Positions 10,003 through 20,296 are shown, numbered from the stretch's first letter. The stretch: 64,000 nt of DNA from Terriglobia bacterium (GCA_965218585.1 CBDCLE010000003.1:224001-288000); one strand, 5' to 3'. A program made the numbers and translations. Notes: generated by a model from the sequence alone, not told the origin.

Positions 10003-12273
10003 ATGCGTCTCATGCAAACGCTGATCGTTCTGACGACGGTTTTGACGACCGCTGCGATTCAAGCGCCCGCCCAAGACAAACCGCTCTTAGGTTTTGGAAT
10101 TGAGGAGGCGATCGAAGAATTCGCGCTCGAAGAGCAATTCGATTCGTATTTAGAGCGCGATAACTTGCGCGACTGGATGAGACAACTGTCGGCTAGACCG
10201 CACCATGTCGGTTCCGAATACGGAAGGGAAAACGCCGAGTTCATCGCCTCTCAATTCGAATCGTGGGGTTACGAAACGACGATCGAGGTGTTTCGCGTCC
10301 TGTTTCCAACACCCAGGACACGACTGCTTGAGATGACCCGGCCGACGCGCTTCCGGGCCACACTGGGGGAACCTCCTCTGGCCCAAGACCGAACGTCCGG
10401 ACAGCAGGATGAACAGCTTCCGACGTACAACGCCTATTCAATCGATGGTGACGTCACGGGCGAAGTTGTCTACGTCAACTATGGCATTCCTGAAGACTAT
10501 GAAGAACTCGACCGCCTCGGCATAGACGTCACGGGCAAGATCGTGCTCGCACGGTACGGTAGCTCCTGGCGCGGCATCAAACCGAAGCTGGCCGCGGAGA
10601 AGGGTGCCATCGGCTGCATCCTGTATTCGGATCCCCGCGACGATGGGTACTTCCAGGGAGATGTTTACCCCGAAGGTGCGTTCAAAAACGACCAGGGCGT
10701 TCAGCGCGGGTCTGTTCAGGATATGCCGCTGTTCCCCGGCGACCCGTTAACGCCAAACATCGGTGCAACCGACAACGCAACCCGATTGGAGATTGAAGAC
10801 GCCCCGACGCTGACGAAGATACCGGTCCTGCCGATTTCCTACAGCGATGCGCGTCCCATATTGGAAGCGCTGGGTGGACCCGTCGCCCCGCCGTCATGGC
10901 GTAGTGCCCTGCCGATCACACATCACTTGGGACCGGGACCTGCCGAGGTCCATCTCGAAGTCGAATTCGACTGGAACCTGGAGCCCGCGTACAACGTGAT
11001 CGCAACGATGGAGGGCAGCGAGCATCCCGATCAGTGGATCATCCGGGGAAATCATCACGATGCCTGGGTCAATGGCGCGCAGGATCCGGTCTCCGGCATG
11101 GTCGCACTGATGGAGGAAGCGCGCGCTCTCAGTGAGTTGAGAAGAGCGGGATGGCAGCCGAAACGTACCGTCATGTATGCCGCATGGGACGCAGAAGAGC
11201 CGGGTCTCATCGGATCGACCGAGTGGACTGAAACCCACATCGATGAACTTCAAGACAAGGTTGCCGTCTATATCAACACCGATGGCTACGGGAGGGGGTT
11301 CCTTCAGGCCGGGGGGTCCCACACTCTGGAAAAGTTTTTCAACCAGGTTGCCCGTGACGTGATCGACCCACAGAAGGGCATCTCAGTCGCGGACCGGCGC
11401 CGGGCATCGCTACTGGTCAACGGCGACCGAGAGGCGCAGAGTGAAGCGTGGGAACGGGATGACCTGCGACTTGCCGCTCTCGGGTCCGGTTCCGATTACA
11501 CGCCGTTTTTACAGCACCTGGGCATCGCCTCGCTAAACATCGGATACGGAGGTGAAAACCAGGGCGGATCTTATCATTCCATCTACGACTCGTTCGATCA
11601 CTACACTCGATTTGGTGATCCGGATTTTGATTACGGCATCGCGCTGGCGCAAACAACAGGCCGAACGGTCCTCCGACTGGCGAACGCGGAACTGCTCCCG
11701 TTCGAGTTTGAGAACCTGACTGACAATGTCGCAGGCTACGTGACGGAAATCACGGAACTGACCGACGATATGCGGGAGGAAACCGAGAGGGAAAACCGCC
11801 TGATTCGGGAAGGACGATACGCAGCCTTTGCAGATCCCACCGAGACCTTCGTCGTCCCACAGCCGAAGGATCCGGTGCCCTACTTGAATTTTGCGCCTCT
11901 CCTCAACTCGACCGGGCGGTTGGAGGAGGTTGCCGCGAATTATGGCCGGGCCCTGGCCTCATTTGAGCAGTCGAATAGTTCCGTATCTTCCGAATTGAGA
12001 CAATTTCTGGACCAACGTCTGTTCCAGACCGAACGATATATGACCAGAGAAGAAGGCTTGCCTGGACGCCCGTGGTACAAACATCAGGTCTATGCACCGG
12101 GCTTCTACACCGGATACGGGGTCAAAACCATACCCGGAGTCCGGGAAGCGATCGAACAGAGGACCTGGGACGAAGCTGAGCAGCAGATTGGGATTGCTTC
12201 GGAGATGTTTGAGCGTCTGGCTGACCAGATCGACCAGGCTGCTAACGAGCTGACCGAGGCTTCACAAGAGTAA
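10003..12273 (+). CDS. M28 family glutamate carboxypeptidase II-like peptidase (PA domain, transferrin-receptor-like dimerisation domain)
   Basis: VYVNYG..EDY, GNHHDAW, AQDPVSG, WDAEEPGLIGSTEW, GSGSDY and YHSIYD motifs; signal peptide; GGAGG RBS before ATG 10003. Confidence 0.9.
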   Translation: MRLMQTLIVLTTVLTTAAIQAPAQDKPLLGFGIEEAIEEFALEEQFDSYLERDNLRDWMRQLSARPHHVGSEYGRENAEFIASQFESWGYETTIEVFRVLFPTPRTRLLEMTRPTRFRATLGEPPLAQDRTSGQQDEQLPTYNAYSIDGDVTGEVVYVNYGIPEDYEELDRLGIDVTGKIVLARYGSSWRGIKPKLAAEKGAIGCILYSDPRDDGYFQGDVYPEGAFKNDQGVQRGSVQDMPLFPGDPLTPNIGATDNATRLEIEDAPTLTKIPVLPISYSDARPILEALGGPVAPPSWRSALPITHHLGPGPAEVHLEVEFDWNLEPAYNVIATMEGSEHPDQWIIRGNHHDAWVNGAQDPVSGMVALMEEARALSELRRAGWQPKRTVMYAAWDAEEPGLIGSTEWTETHIDELQDKVAVYINTDGYGRGFLQAGGSHTLEKFFNQVARDVIDPQKGISVADRRRASLLVNGDREAQSEAWERDDLRLAALGSGSDYTPFLQHLGIASLNIGYGGENQGGSYHSIYDSFDHYTRFGDPDFDYGIALAQTTGRTVLRLANAELLPFEFENLTDNVAGYVTEITELTDDMREETERENRLIREGRYAAFADPTETFVVPQPKDPVPYLNFAPLLNSTGRLEEVAANYGRALASFEQSNSSVSSELRQFLDQRLFQTERYMTREEGLPGRPWYKHQVYAPGFYTGYGVKTIPGVREAIEQRTWDEAEQQIGIASEMFERLADQIDQAANELTEASQE

Positions 12274-12304
12274 GTTCTGATGAGTTTAACCATAGCCTTA
12301 CCTG

Positions 12305-13780
12305 ATGGAGATCCTTATGACGAGCTATCGCCTTACAATGTGTGTCTTACTGGTTCTAAGCGCCCTTCTTGTGGGCTGCAATCCTGACCCGATTCCACCC
12401 GAGCGCCCGAACTTCGTGGTGGTGCTCGTCGACGATATGCGTTGGGATGATTTTGGCGCCGGGGGTAACCCGACCGTTCAGACGCCCAATATCGACCGGC
12501 TGGCCGCCGAGGGCGTGAGGTTTCTCAACTCCTTTACGACGGCTCCCTTGTGCTCGCCCAGTCGGGGTAGCTTCCTTACAGGGTTGTATCCCCACGCCAG
12601 CGGGATCATCGACAACACCGATAGGGCGCTTGTCAGTCATGAGCTCAGCACCTTCCCGCTCCAGCTTCAGGAAGCCGGTTACGATACGGCCTTCGTGGGC
12701 AAGTGGCACATGGGTGACGACGGTAGCCGGAGGCCGGGATTCGATTATTGGGTGAGCCTTTCGGGACAGGGTGCCAACACCGATCCCCTGCTGACCGAGG
12801 ACGAGACGCAGGTAACGGTCGAAGGGCATGTCACGGACATTTTCACCGACCGGGCGATTTCGTTCCTGGAAAGTGAGCGCGGCGATGAGCCGTTTCTGCT
12901 CTATTTTGCGCAGAAGGCCCTGCATCCCGATCCAGCGCTCGGTCTGCTTGAAGGCGGGTTTATCGCGGCCGAACGTCACCAGGGCCTGTATGACGACGCT
13001 CCGATAGCGTGCCCGCCAAGCTGGGGTGTAGGGCCTACCGACAAGCCCGCGCTGATGCGCGAATTCAAAGGACTCGCCCCGCTGGGGTCGGATACCACTA
13101 CCAGTGACATCGCGATCCGCAGACGATGGGAGATGATGACCGGAGTGGATGAAAGCGTCGGCGAACTACTGACTGCCTTGGAGCGTATGGGCGAGATGGA
13201 CAACACGGTGTTCGTAGTGACCAGTGACCATGGATACTTCTACGGGGAGCATGGTCTGGATCCTGAGCGCCGTCTGGCGTATGAAGAGACGGCACGTATT
13301 CCGATGGTCATCCGCTATCCAGCCCTGATCCAGCCTGGCAGCCAGGAGGATCGCCTTGCCATCAGCATCGATCTCGCGCCCACCGTATTGGAATTGGCCG
13401 GCGAGACCCCGGGTGAAGAGCTGCAGGGTGCCTCGTTGGTGCCGCTCTTTGCCGGTGAGGTCAGCGGCTGGCGTTCGACCTTCTTGATCGAGCATCACAC
13501 CGATCCCGAGGCCTACCTCAGGAGTTCACCGGACACGGCGGACCGCCCGGATACGGTCGTCTCGAAATTCGTTCGGATGATGAATATGGGTTATCGGGCG
13601 GTCCGCGGGGAACGCTACAAGTACATTCAATACACCGATCTCGAAGGGATGGACGAGCTCTACGATCTCCAGGCCGATCCCTACGAGATGTCCACTATCA
13701 TCGACTCGCCGGAAGCCAGCGGTGTGCTCGAGGAGATGCAGGCGGAGTTGGCTCGGCTGTTGGAGGAAACAAGCGAATGA
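12305..13780 (+). CDS. Formylglycine-dependent sulfatase (N-acetylglucosamine-6-sulfatase-like), lipoprotein
   Basis: RPNFVVVLVDD, CSPSRGSFLTG, GKWH, TSDHG and ELYDL..DPYE motifs; LVGC lipobox. Confidence 0.9.
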   Translation: MEILMTSYRLTMCVLLVLSALLVGCNPDPIPPERPNFVVVLVDDMRWDDFGAGGNPTVQTPNIDRLAAEGVRFLNSFTTAPLCSPSRGSFLTGLYPHASGIIDNTDRALVSHELSTFPLQLQEAGYDTAFVGKWHMGDDGSRRPGFDYWVSLSGQGANTDPLLTEDETQVTVEGHVTDIFTDRAISFLESERGDEPFLLYFAQKALHPDPALGLLEGGFIAAERHQGLYDDAPIACPPSWGVGPTDKPALMREFKGLAPLGSDTTTSDIAIRRRWEMMTGVDESVGELLTALERMGEMDNTVFVVTSDHGYFYGEHGLDPERRLAYEETARIPMVIRYPALIQPGSQEDRLAISIDLAPTVLELAGETPGEELQGASLVPLFAGEVSGWRSTFLIEHHTDPEAYLRSSPDTADRPDTVVSKFVRMMNMGYRAVRGERYKYIQYTDLEGMDELYDLQADPYEMSTIIDSPEASGVLEEMQAELARLLEETSE

Positions 13781-13915
13781 ACTTCGCCGCAGGTTCGGTG
13801 AGGCAATGAATCCCTGGCAACAAACCCTGCGGCAGCTGTCACGGGAAACGAACTCACCGAGTTGCGGTCGCGTTAGAGGGACTTTGGCACGCCGGAGAAC
13901 GTTCGCCCAGTTGAT

Positions 13916-15946
13916 TTACTGGGATTCGGCCTCCGTTTCGTCCACAAGTTCGACTACCCAGAGACCATTGCGCGAGTCCGAAAAGTAGATCAAGCCCTTG
14001 TAGGGCTGAGCGCCCCACACCATACTCTCGTTGCTGACGAATCCATCCGGGTCGTTCGGGCGAAACGCCGCAATTTCCCGACCCTGCCTGTACAGATCGC
14101 CCATCAGTTCGCCCGACAGGTCCACGACACGCAGGCCTCCCTGGTAGAAGGCCGCATACAGGATGTCGTCCTCGATCCACAGGTTGTGAGATCCCGCTTC
14201 CGGGACCTCGAATCGGGCCACTTCGACAGGGTTCTCAAAGTCCGTGAAGTCCACAACATGCATGTAACCCGAGGCCCACATGGGGCGTCCGCCCGGATTC
14301 AGTTCGGGGTCGAAGATCTCGTCTCCCGTGATCACGTAAAACTTGCCTGTCGACTCGCTCCTGAAGGGAAACGCCGCGTGGGTCGCGCCCTGAGGGTCGG
14401 CATAGGAGGCAAACTGTACGGGGTTATCGGGACTCCCTCCGGCGATCCCGTTGCCGACATCCACGAGGACGACGCCGTCCCTCCAGTTCGATGAATAGGC
14501 GATGCCGTCCTCAACCCAAACGTCATGGATCGCGTGACCGAGCGTGTCCAACTCGAAACTGGATACCCGGAACGGTAATTTCGGCTCAGCGATATTGATC
14601 ACGTCGTACCGGCGCCCATTGCTCAACGCGTAGACGTGATTCTCGTAGATGAAGACGTTGTGTACCCCACCGGTCAGTTGCTCGTCGTACTCGGCGAGTA
14701 TCTCCACCTCGGCCGGGTTGGACACGTCCAGAACGACGATTCCATTCCGCCTGTTCGACGCCCCCTCCCGACTGATAATGGCCACTTGGCCATCTTCGGA
14801 GACCTTCACGTCATTGACCCCCCGTGCGTCAACCTGGATAGTATCGATTCTTCGAATGTCGGCCGTGTCGGTGACATCCCAGACGAACGCGCTCCCATCC
14901 GAGCGCAAGGTTCCGGTGATGGCATAGTCTCGGCCATCGGCGCCTTCCCAAATCCACAGATCGGATGTGTTTCGGTCCTGAACCGGTCCGCGACCCGCCA
15001 CGCGAACGCGCTTGCCCACGTCCCGCGGTTCGACTCCCACAGTCGCGGTTGCGAACATTCCGCCGGTGCTCGCAACGACGGTGTATTCGCCGGGAAGTTC
15101 TGCCACGAAGCGTCCGTCATCGGAAACCTGTGCCGAAGCCGGGGCCGCAGGGTTTTCGAAGTCTGGGTGGGCCTGGATCGAGTAGAACACGGGCAAGTCC
15201 TCGACTACATCTCCCTGTGCGTCCCTGGCGACGGCCTCGAACCGAATCACGTCGCCCGTTCTGGCCTCAATCACTTCGGGGGTCAATTCAAGAGAAGAGG
15301 CAGGATTGTCCACGACTCGAACCGGAATCGCTTCGGTAAGCTCACCCACGCTGATCTCGAGCGTCGCAGTTCCCTGGGCCAGAGGCGTTACCCGTCCGAA
15401 GCGATTGATCTGGACGATCTCAGGATCGGTGCTGGCAAACGTCAACTCTTCGTCGGAGCGAAGTGTGTCTGCTGTGTCATAAACGGCAACAGCAGCTCGC
15501 GCCAGACTTCCCGTGTACAGGGTGGAAGAGAGACCACTCACCTCGATGCGATCGAGAGGCGGTTGGGGAATAGTCACACGGACCTCTGCTGTCAGTACCT
15601 CGCCGTCTCCATCCGTTTCGTCCGCGCCACGCGGCACCGTGATCGCGATCACGTATTGTCCTGGACTGTAAGCCTCGACTTCACCTTCGTCCGTCACACC
15701 GACGTTCAAACGAGACCGGCTTAGGTAAATGACCTCGGCTTCAAGAACGTTGCCCGCGTCATCGCTCACCGTCGCCGTGAGATTTGCCTTTTCACCGATC
15801 TCCAGAGTCAAGGAAGGTGGCTGTACCTCGATCGAAGTTGCACGCGCGAGGTCGGGACTCTCGGCGGATTGGCCCGCCACCAACGGCGTCAACGTCAGGC
15901 CGAACGCCGCGGCGAGCAGGGTTGTCTGAAGTCCGAATACTTTCAT
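13916..15946 (-). CDS. Exported protein with Ig-like (Big_2) domains and an LVIVD-repeat beta-propeller
   Basis: About three Ig-like repeats followed by GIVVLDVSNP, GVVLVDV, MHVVDFTD and GLRVVDLS repeats; signal peptide from MKVFG at 15946. Confidence 0.75.
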   Translation of the reverse strand: MKVFGLQTTLLAAAFGLTLTPLVAGQSAESPDLARATSIEVQPPSLTLEIGEKANLTATVSDDAGNVLEAEVIYLSRSRLNVGVTDEGEVEAYSPGQYVIAITVPRGADETDGDGEVLTAEVRVTIPQPPLDRIEVSGLSSTLYTGSLARAAVAVYDTADTLRSDEELTFASTDPEIVQINRFGRVTPLAQGTATLEISVGELTEAIPVRVVDNPASSLELTPEVIEARTGDVIRFEAVARDAQGDVVEDLPVFYSIQAHPDFENPAAPASAQVSDDGRFVAELPGEYTVVASTGGMFATATVGVEPRDVGKRVRVAGRGPVQDRNTSDLWIWEGADGRDYAITGTLRSDGSAFVWDVTDTADIRRIDTIQVDARGVNDVKVSEDGQVAIISREGASNRRNGIVVLDVSNPAEVEILAEYDEQLTGGVHNVFIYENHVYALSNGRRYDVINIAEPKLPFRVSSFELDTLGHAIHDVWVEDGIAYSSNWRDGVVLVDVGNGIAGGSPDNPVQFASYADPQGATHAAFPFRSESTGKFYVITGDEIFDPELNPGGRPMWASGYMHVVDFTDFENPVEVARFEVPEAGSHNLWIEDDILYAAFYQGGLRVVDLSGELMGDLYRQGREIAAFRPNDPDGFVSNESMVWGAQPYKGLIYFSDSRNGLWVVELVDETEAESQ

Positions 15947-16172
15947 GAATATTCTCCCCAAAAATAGTCTGTTACACACCTGCGGCTCCAAGCCACGCCA
16001 TGAATAATACGTCATTCGTATTTACGAATTTGAGTATTAAATAGCGGACTCTCCTATTTTCCCGGTAAGTTTGCCAAAACTGATGCTGGAGTTCTTGATT
16101 GAGAATATATAACTTGCCGAATACTCTTCTCGTTGCGGTGCCGAATCTGGCTTTCAGGAGGTTCGAATTTCG

Positions 16173-16805
16173 ATGGGGTTCACAAACGAATCAGTGGGAA
16201 AGTATCTTGAGGGAATGCTTCCGGGGCGGGACGCGGTTCTGACCGATATCGAGGCGCTTGCCGACCGAGATCGCATACTGATCGTGGGCCCCGTAGTCGG
16301 CCGGCTCCTCGAACAGTTGGCGCGAATGATCCATGCCCGGCGTGTTTTTGAACTGGGCTCTGCTGTCGGGTACTCCACAATATGGTGGGCGCGTGGAGTT
16401 GGGCCCGACGGTCAGGTCTACTTCTCCGATTTCAGCCGTGAAAACACCGCCCTTGCCCAGGAATATCTCCAGAGAGCCGAACTCGTCGACCGTGTGACCC
16501 TGTTGACAGGGGATTCCCTCGACCTCCTCGATCAGACCGACGGCGAATTCGACATCGTGTTCAACGACATCGACAAGCACTATTACCCTGAGGTGTACAA
16601 ACGTGCTTCGGATCGTGTCCGGGTAGGCGGGCTACTGGTTTCAGACAACGTTCTCTGGGGCGGCAAGGTCGCAGATCCGAAAGTGGATGATCAAGACACA
16701 GTTGCGATCCGCAACTTCAATCGCCTGGTATACGACGACCCGCGATATCTGACGACGATCCTGCCGATACGGGACGGTGTACTGGTGGGGTGGCGTATCC
16801 AGTAG
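16173..16805 (+). CDS. O-methyltransferase (class I SAM-dependent, CCoAOMT/YrrM-like)
   Basis: VFELGSAVGYS, FDIVFNDIDK..Y, GGLLVSDNVLW and LPIRDG motifs. Confidence 0.9.
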   Translation: MGFTNESVGKYLEGMLPGRDAVLTDIEALADRDRILIVGPVVGRLLEQLARMIHARRVFELGSAVGYSTIWWARGVGPDGQVYFSDFSRENTALAQEYLQRAELVDRVTLLTGDSLDLLDQTDGEFDIVFNDIDKHYYPEVYKRASDRVRVGGLLVSDNVLWGGKVADPKVDDQDTVAIRNFNRLVYDDPRYLTTILPIRDGVLVGWRIQ

Positions 16806-16850
16806 TGGTTGAGATTTCTTCACAGGCCCCTCCCGCCTGCCCAAACAGGA

Positions 16851-17890
16851 TCAATCTTCACGATCCCTCCTCGCTTCCTCTGCCCGTTCCTTCCGCGCTT
16901 CTTCCGCTCTCCAGCGAAAGTATTCGCCGACGATCCCGCCGATGACTCCCAGGGTCTGGCGTGTTGTCCGGCCGCGGGCCATTCGATGGGCGCCCTCGGC
17001 CCGCGCGATCTTGCGGTTGAGTCCGGGATGATCGAAATCCAGTGCCTGGGCGTTCTCGTATCGCTCGAGGGCTTCCTTGAACTGACCGCTATCGTAAAAT
17101 GTGTCGCCCGCTCGCACGAGGGAATCTGCGCGAGAGCGCTGATTCTCAATCTGTGTGTCCAGGGCGCGATATTCCGCGGTCCCCAGTCCGAGGTCGCGTG
17201 CTCGGAGAAGGGACTGCCTGGCCTCCACGAGTTGACCGGTAGCGAGCCACCGGCCCACATTCTCTCTCTCTCGCTCTCCAGCTCGGCCAGGCTCTCCTGC
17301 TCGACTTCAAGAGCGGCCCGGACCTGGTGATAGAGAAGACCGGGTTCGTCGGCGGCCCCGGTCTCTTCAAGGATCGCCAGAGAAGCCTCCAAAAGCCCTA
17401 TTCGCTCCGGCCCACTTGCGTGATCGAACAGGAACTCCGCTTCCTTGATCTTGGTCTCGCGCCAGGCAAGAAACTCCTTCCAGCCGCGCTCGATGTCCTC
17501 GGTCCGTGTCCCAACCAGCACCCAGGCGAACCCGTCTTCGAAACCGCTACGGATGGAACTGGGCTGAAGGATGCCCGCGGCACGAAGCTGGAACGTGCTT
17601 TCCATGGTCCGTCTCGAGGAACGGGCGTCGACAACCGTCGTCGAGTCTTGGACAACCCTTGAGACAATTACCGGCCCACGCGAAAGAAGATCGTCGACCG
17701 CCTTCAGATATGCTCCCTGGCGCGCGTTGTCGGGACCGCTCCCACCCGGACTGTTCCGAATTCGCTCGACACCGTATCCCCAGGCCAATCTCGGGGGCGC
17801 GGCGATGGGCGGATTCAGCTGGATCGGGCGTACGCTCGTGCAGGACGGAATCCACACAGAAATTGCGATCAAAAGGATTGCCCGGCGCAT
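16851..17890 (-). pseudogene. Lipoprotein with LPP20-like N-terminus and TPR-like C-terminus, frameshifted in a (GA)6 tract
   Basis: ORF from 17890 is protein-like until ..ELESERE; the TPR-like continuation (GDTFYDSGQFKEALERYENAQALD) is in the 16851-17258 frame; the switch lies at tctctctctctc, 17261-17272. Confidence 0.7.
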
Positions 17891-17917
17891 GTTCCCTCGC
17901 TTCTCTTCCCGCTGCCC

Positions 17918-18538
17918 CTAATTCCGGTCCGCAATGTTTTCGGCGCGGGCCCGTCTCAATTGCTGTTCGTGAAACAGCGTCAGGCTCTGAACGTCTGCGT
18001 TGACGGCTCCGTGACCGGAAAGCTGGTCGCTGAGTCGCTCCTTGATCGGACCCTCGATCAGTTCCTGGCTGAGCGTAGACAGGCTGTCCATCAAGTATTC
18101 GTCAACCTCGCTCTTGGCCATGTAGACTCGACAGTAGACAGTGCCGGTGTCCTGGCCAATCCGGTATTCGATGAACTTCTTGCCGGCCAGCGGCACGCTG
18201 GTAGAGAGATTGCGCACTGCCGTAAACGCGGAAGCGTTCTCTCGACTGCTGATCACCTCGTTAACGTTTGAAGTCACCGTGTCGAAGATATTGGAACCCA
18301 GATCGGCCATCGCCTGGGTGCGGGCCATCTCCTGGGCAATCCGAAGGTCTCGATGCTTAGCCAGGCCCAGGCCCTCGTAGGCGGCAACCGGAATCGGTTC
18401 AAAAGGATATAGAACCGACGTCGGCTCCAGTGCCGGGTTGGTGGCAAGGTTGGTATTCCGGCCGCATGCCGTGGGGCCGAGCGCGGCCAGGGCGCCCAGC
18501 AATAGAACCGTACCGGGGGAAAAGATACTCAGTCTCAT
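17918..18538 (-). CDS. Putative LPP20-like lipoprotein
   Basis: PTAC lipobox; GLGLA..LRIAQEMARTQAMADL pattern and VYCRVYM strand resemble LPP20; GGAGG RBS. Confidence 0.6.
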   Translation of the reverse strand: MRLSIFSPGTVLLLGALAALGPTACGRNTNLATNPALEPTSVLYPFEPIPVAAYEGLGLAKHRDLRIAQEMARTQAMADLGSNIFDTVTSNVNEVISSRENASAFTAVRNLSTSVPLAGKKFIEYRIGQDTGTVYCRVYMAKSEVDEYLMDSLSTLSQELIEGPIKERLSDQLSGHGAVNADVQSLTLFHEQQLRRARAENIADRN

Positions 18539-18674
18539 GAAACACCTCCATTCTGTCCGAACTTGGGAACCTGACGGGTTCAGTTGAAATCAGCTTCGCT
18601 TTCTCATTTCGATCTTTTTTGTCGTCGTTCGGTTTCTCGTTGGATTGGACTTCAGGAAATGCAGAAGGCGAGTC

Positions 18675-18872
18675 TTAAGAATGTCTTAAGAATCGTTCAG
18701 AATCGACGGAGTAGGGAAGATGGAAGTGGGGTTGGGTGTATTCGGCAATCGTTCCGGTAACGGCAACTTCCTCCTGCACGCTGAAGGCGGCCGAGCTATG
18801 GTGGGCAGGGGCCCGAGCAGCAAGCAATAGCGAAATTGAGCATGCCAGGATGGATACGCCCATGATTTTCAT
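18675..18872 (-). pseudogene. Truncated DUF6152-like exported protein remnant
   Basis: Signal peptide followed by AHHSSAAF..VAVTGTIAEY..PH, the typical DUF6152 N-terminus; only 65 aa; an 11-bp tandem duplication at its end. Confidence 0.5.
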
Positions 18873-19129
18873 CGTTGTTCTTCTCGATATTTAGCTATGT
18901 CGCGAGCAGCATCATGTAGCGGCCAGGTATTGGGTGACGGTCAGATAAATCTAACTACGGGTTGGAGTTGGAGGCAAAAAAAGTCTCAGATAGCGATGAA
19001 CGCACGTTTGAAGTCGAGAATTTTCGAAGGAGGGGACACAGAACTTGGAGAGTGAATCTCTAACGTTCTGATTCATTGTTCGGTAAACTTGCGGCTGCCG
19101 AACACACTTTGGCCGATCAGGAGGTTGGA

Positions 19130-20296
19130 ATGGCGATCTTGAATAGACGGGGATTCCTTGAGCTGGGTGGCGCGATGACTACTGGACTCGGGCTTGGGGC
19201 CGTGTACCGACCACAGGCCGCCCGCGCACAGGGCGGGGCAGAATCAACTGAAGGGTCGGTCCGGTTGTCTGGTGATGGCGTTGGCCTCAATTCCACTCAG
19301 TACTCCCAGCTCCTCAACCGTCTATCCCAAGAGCGGGAAATTGATCCAGATTCGTACTCGCTGGGTGGTGTCGTCGAAGAGCTGGAGACAGAGTTCGCCC
19401 GTATTCTGGGTAAAGAGCGTGCGATCTTCATGCCGACCGGCACGCTCGCCAACCATATGGGGGTCAGGGCTCTAGCCGAAGGGCCGAGCCGCGTAATCGT
19501 GCAGGCAGAGAGCCACTTTTATCGAGATGAGGGCGACTGTGCACAGACGCTCAGTAACCTTAACCTCATACCCCTTGCTCCCGACCGTGGCACGTTCACG
19601 GCCGATGAAGTTCAGCGCGTGATCGATGAAACCGGGGACGGACGGGTTCAGTCCCGTGTTTCAGTGATCGCCGTTGAGTCGCCTGTCCGCAGGAAGCGGG
19701 GCGAGCGCTTTGACGCCGCAGAGTTGGTCCAGATCGTGAGGATAGCCCGCCGTGAAGGCATCAAGCTCCACCTCGACGGTGCGCGCATGTTTCTACAAGC
19801 GGCATATACCGGTCAGGATGTCGCCGAGATGGCCGAGCCCTTCGACACTGTCTACGTGTCTCTCTACAAGTATTTCAATGCAGCGTCTGGCGCAATCCTC
19901 GCAGGACCAGCCGACCTCTTCGACGGGATGTATCACGAGCGGCGCATGTTTGGTGCGGGTCTCCCCAGAGTCTGGCCTTTTGCGGCCGTAGCGTTGCACT
20001 ACCTGTCCGGTTTCGATGACCGATACAGACGGGCGGTGGAGATTTCCGAAGACCTGATTCGTGGTCTCGACCGACACGAGGCCTTCGCTGTGAACCGCAT
20101 TCCATCCGGTACGAACCTGTTCCGGCTCGAAGTCCGCGGAAGTGACGCTCTCGGATTCCGCAGACGGATGGCGGCCCGGGGTGTCCTGTTATCCACGCCA
20201 CAGGAGGACGTTTTTCTGGTCGGTGTGAATGAGACGCTCAACAACATGACGGCGGCCGAGTTGAGGGATGCGTTCGTTGATGCGATTGATGGCTGA
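19130..20296 (+). CDS. Threonine aldolase / beta-eliminating lyase family PLP enzyme with Tat signal
   Basis: AIFMPTGTLAN, ESHFYRDE, LHLDGAR and VSLYK(PLP Lys)YF motifs; NRRGFL twin-arginine motif and ARA-Q cleavage site; AGGAGG RBS before ATG 19130. Confidence 0.85.
   Translation: MAILNRRGFLELGGAMTTGLGLGAVYRPQAARAQGGAESTEGSVRLSGDGVGLNSTQYSQLLNRLSQEREIDPDSYSLGGVVEELETEFARILGKERAIFMPTGTLANHMGVRALAEGPSRVIVQAESHFYRDEGDCAQTLSNLNLIPLAPDRGTFTADEVQRVIDETGDGRVQSRVSVIAVESPVRRKRGERFDAAELVQIVRIARREGIKLHLDGARMFLQAAYTGQDVAEMAEPFDTVYVSLYKYFNAASGAILAGPADLFDGMYHERRMFGAGLPRVWPFAAVALHYLSGFDDRYRRAVEISEDLIRGLDRHEAFAVNRIPSGTNLFRLEVRGSDALGFRRRMAARGVLLSTPQEDVFLVGVNETLNNMTAAELRDAFVDAIDG

Noticed and set aside
13893-13910. 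TTGGCAC as a sigma-54 promoter (also on the minus strand near 9792-9798)
   Set aside because: No TTGC -12 element at the required spacing
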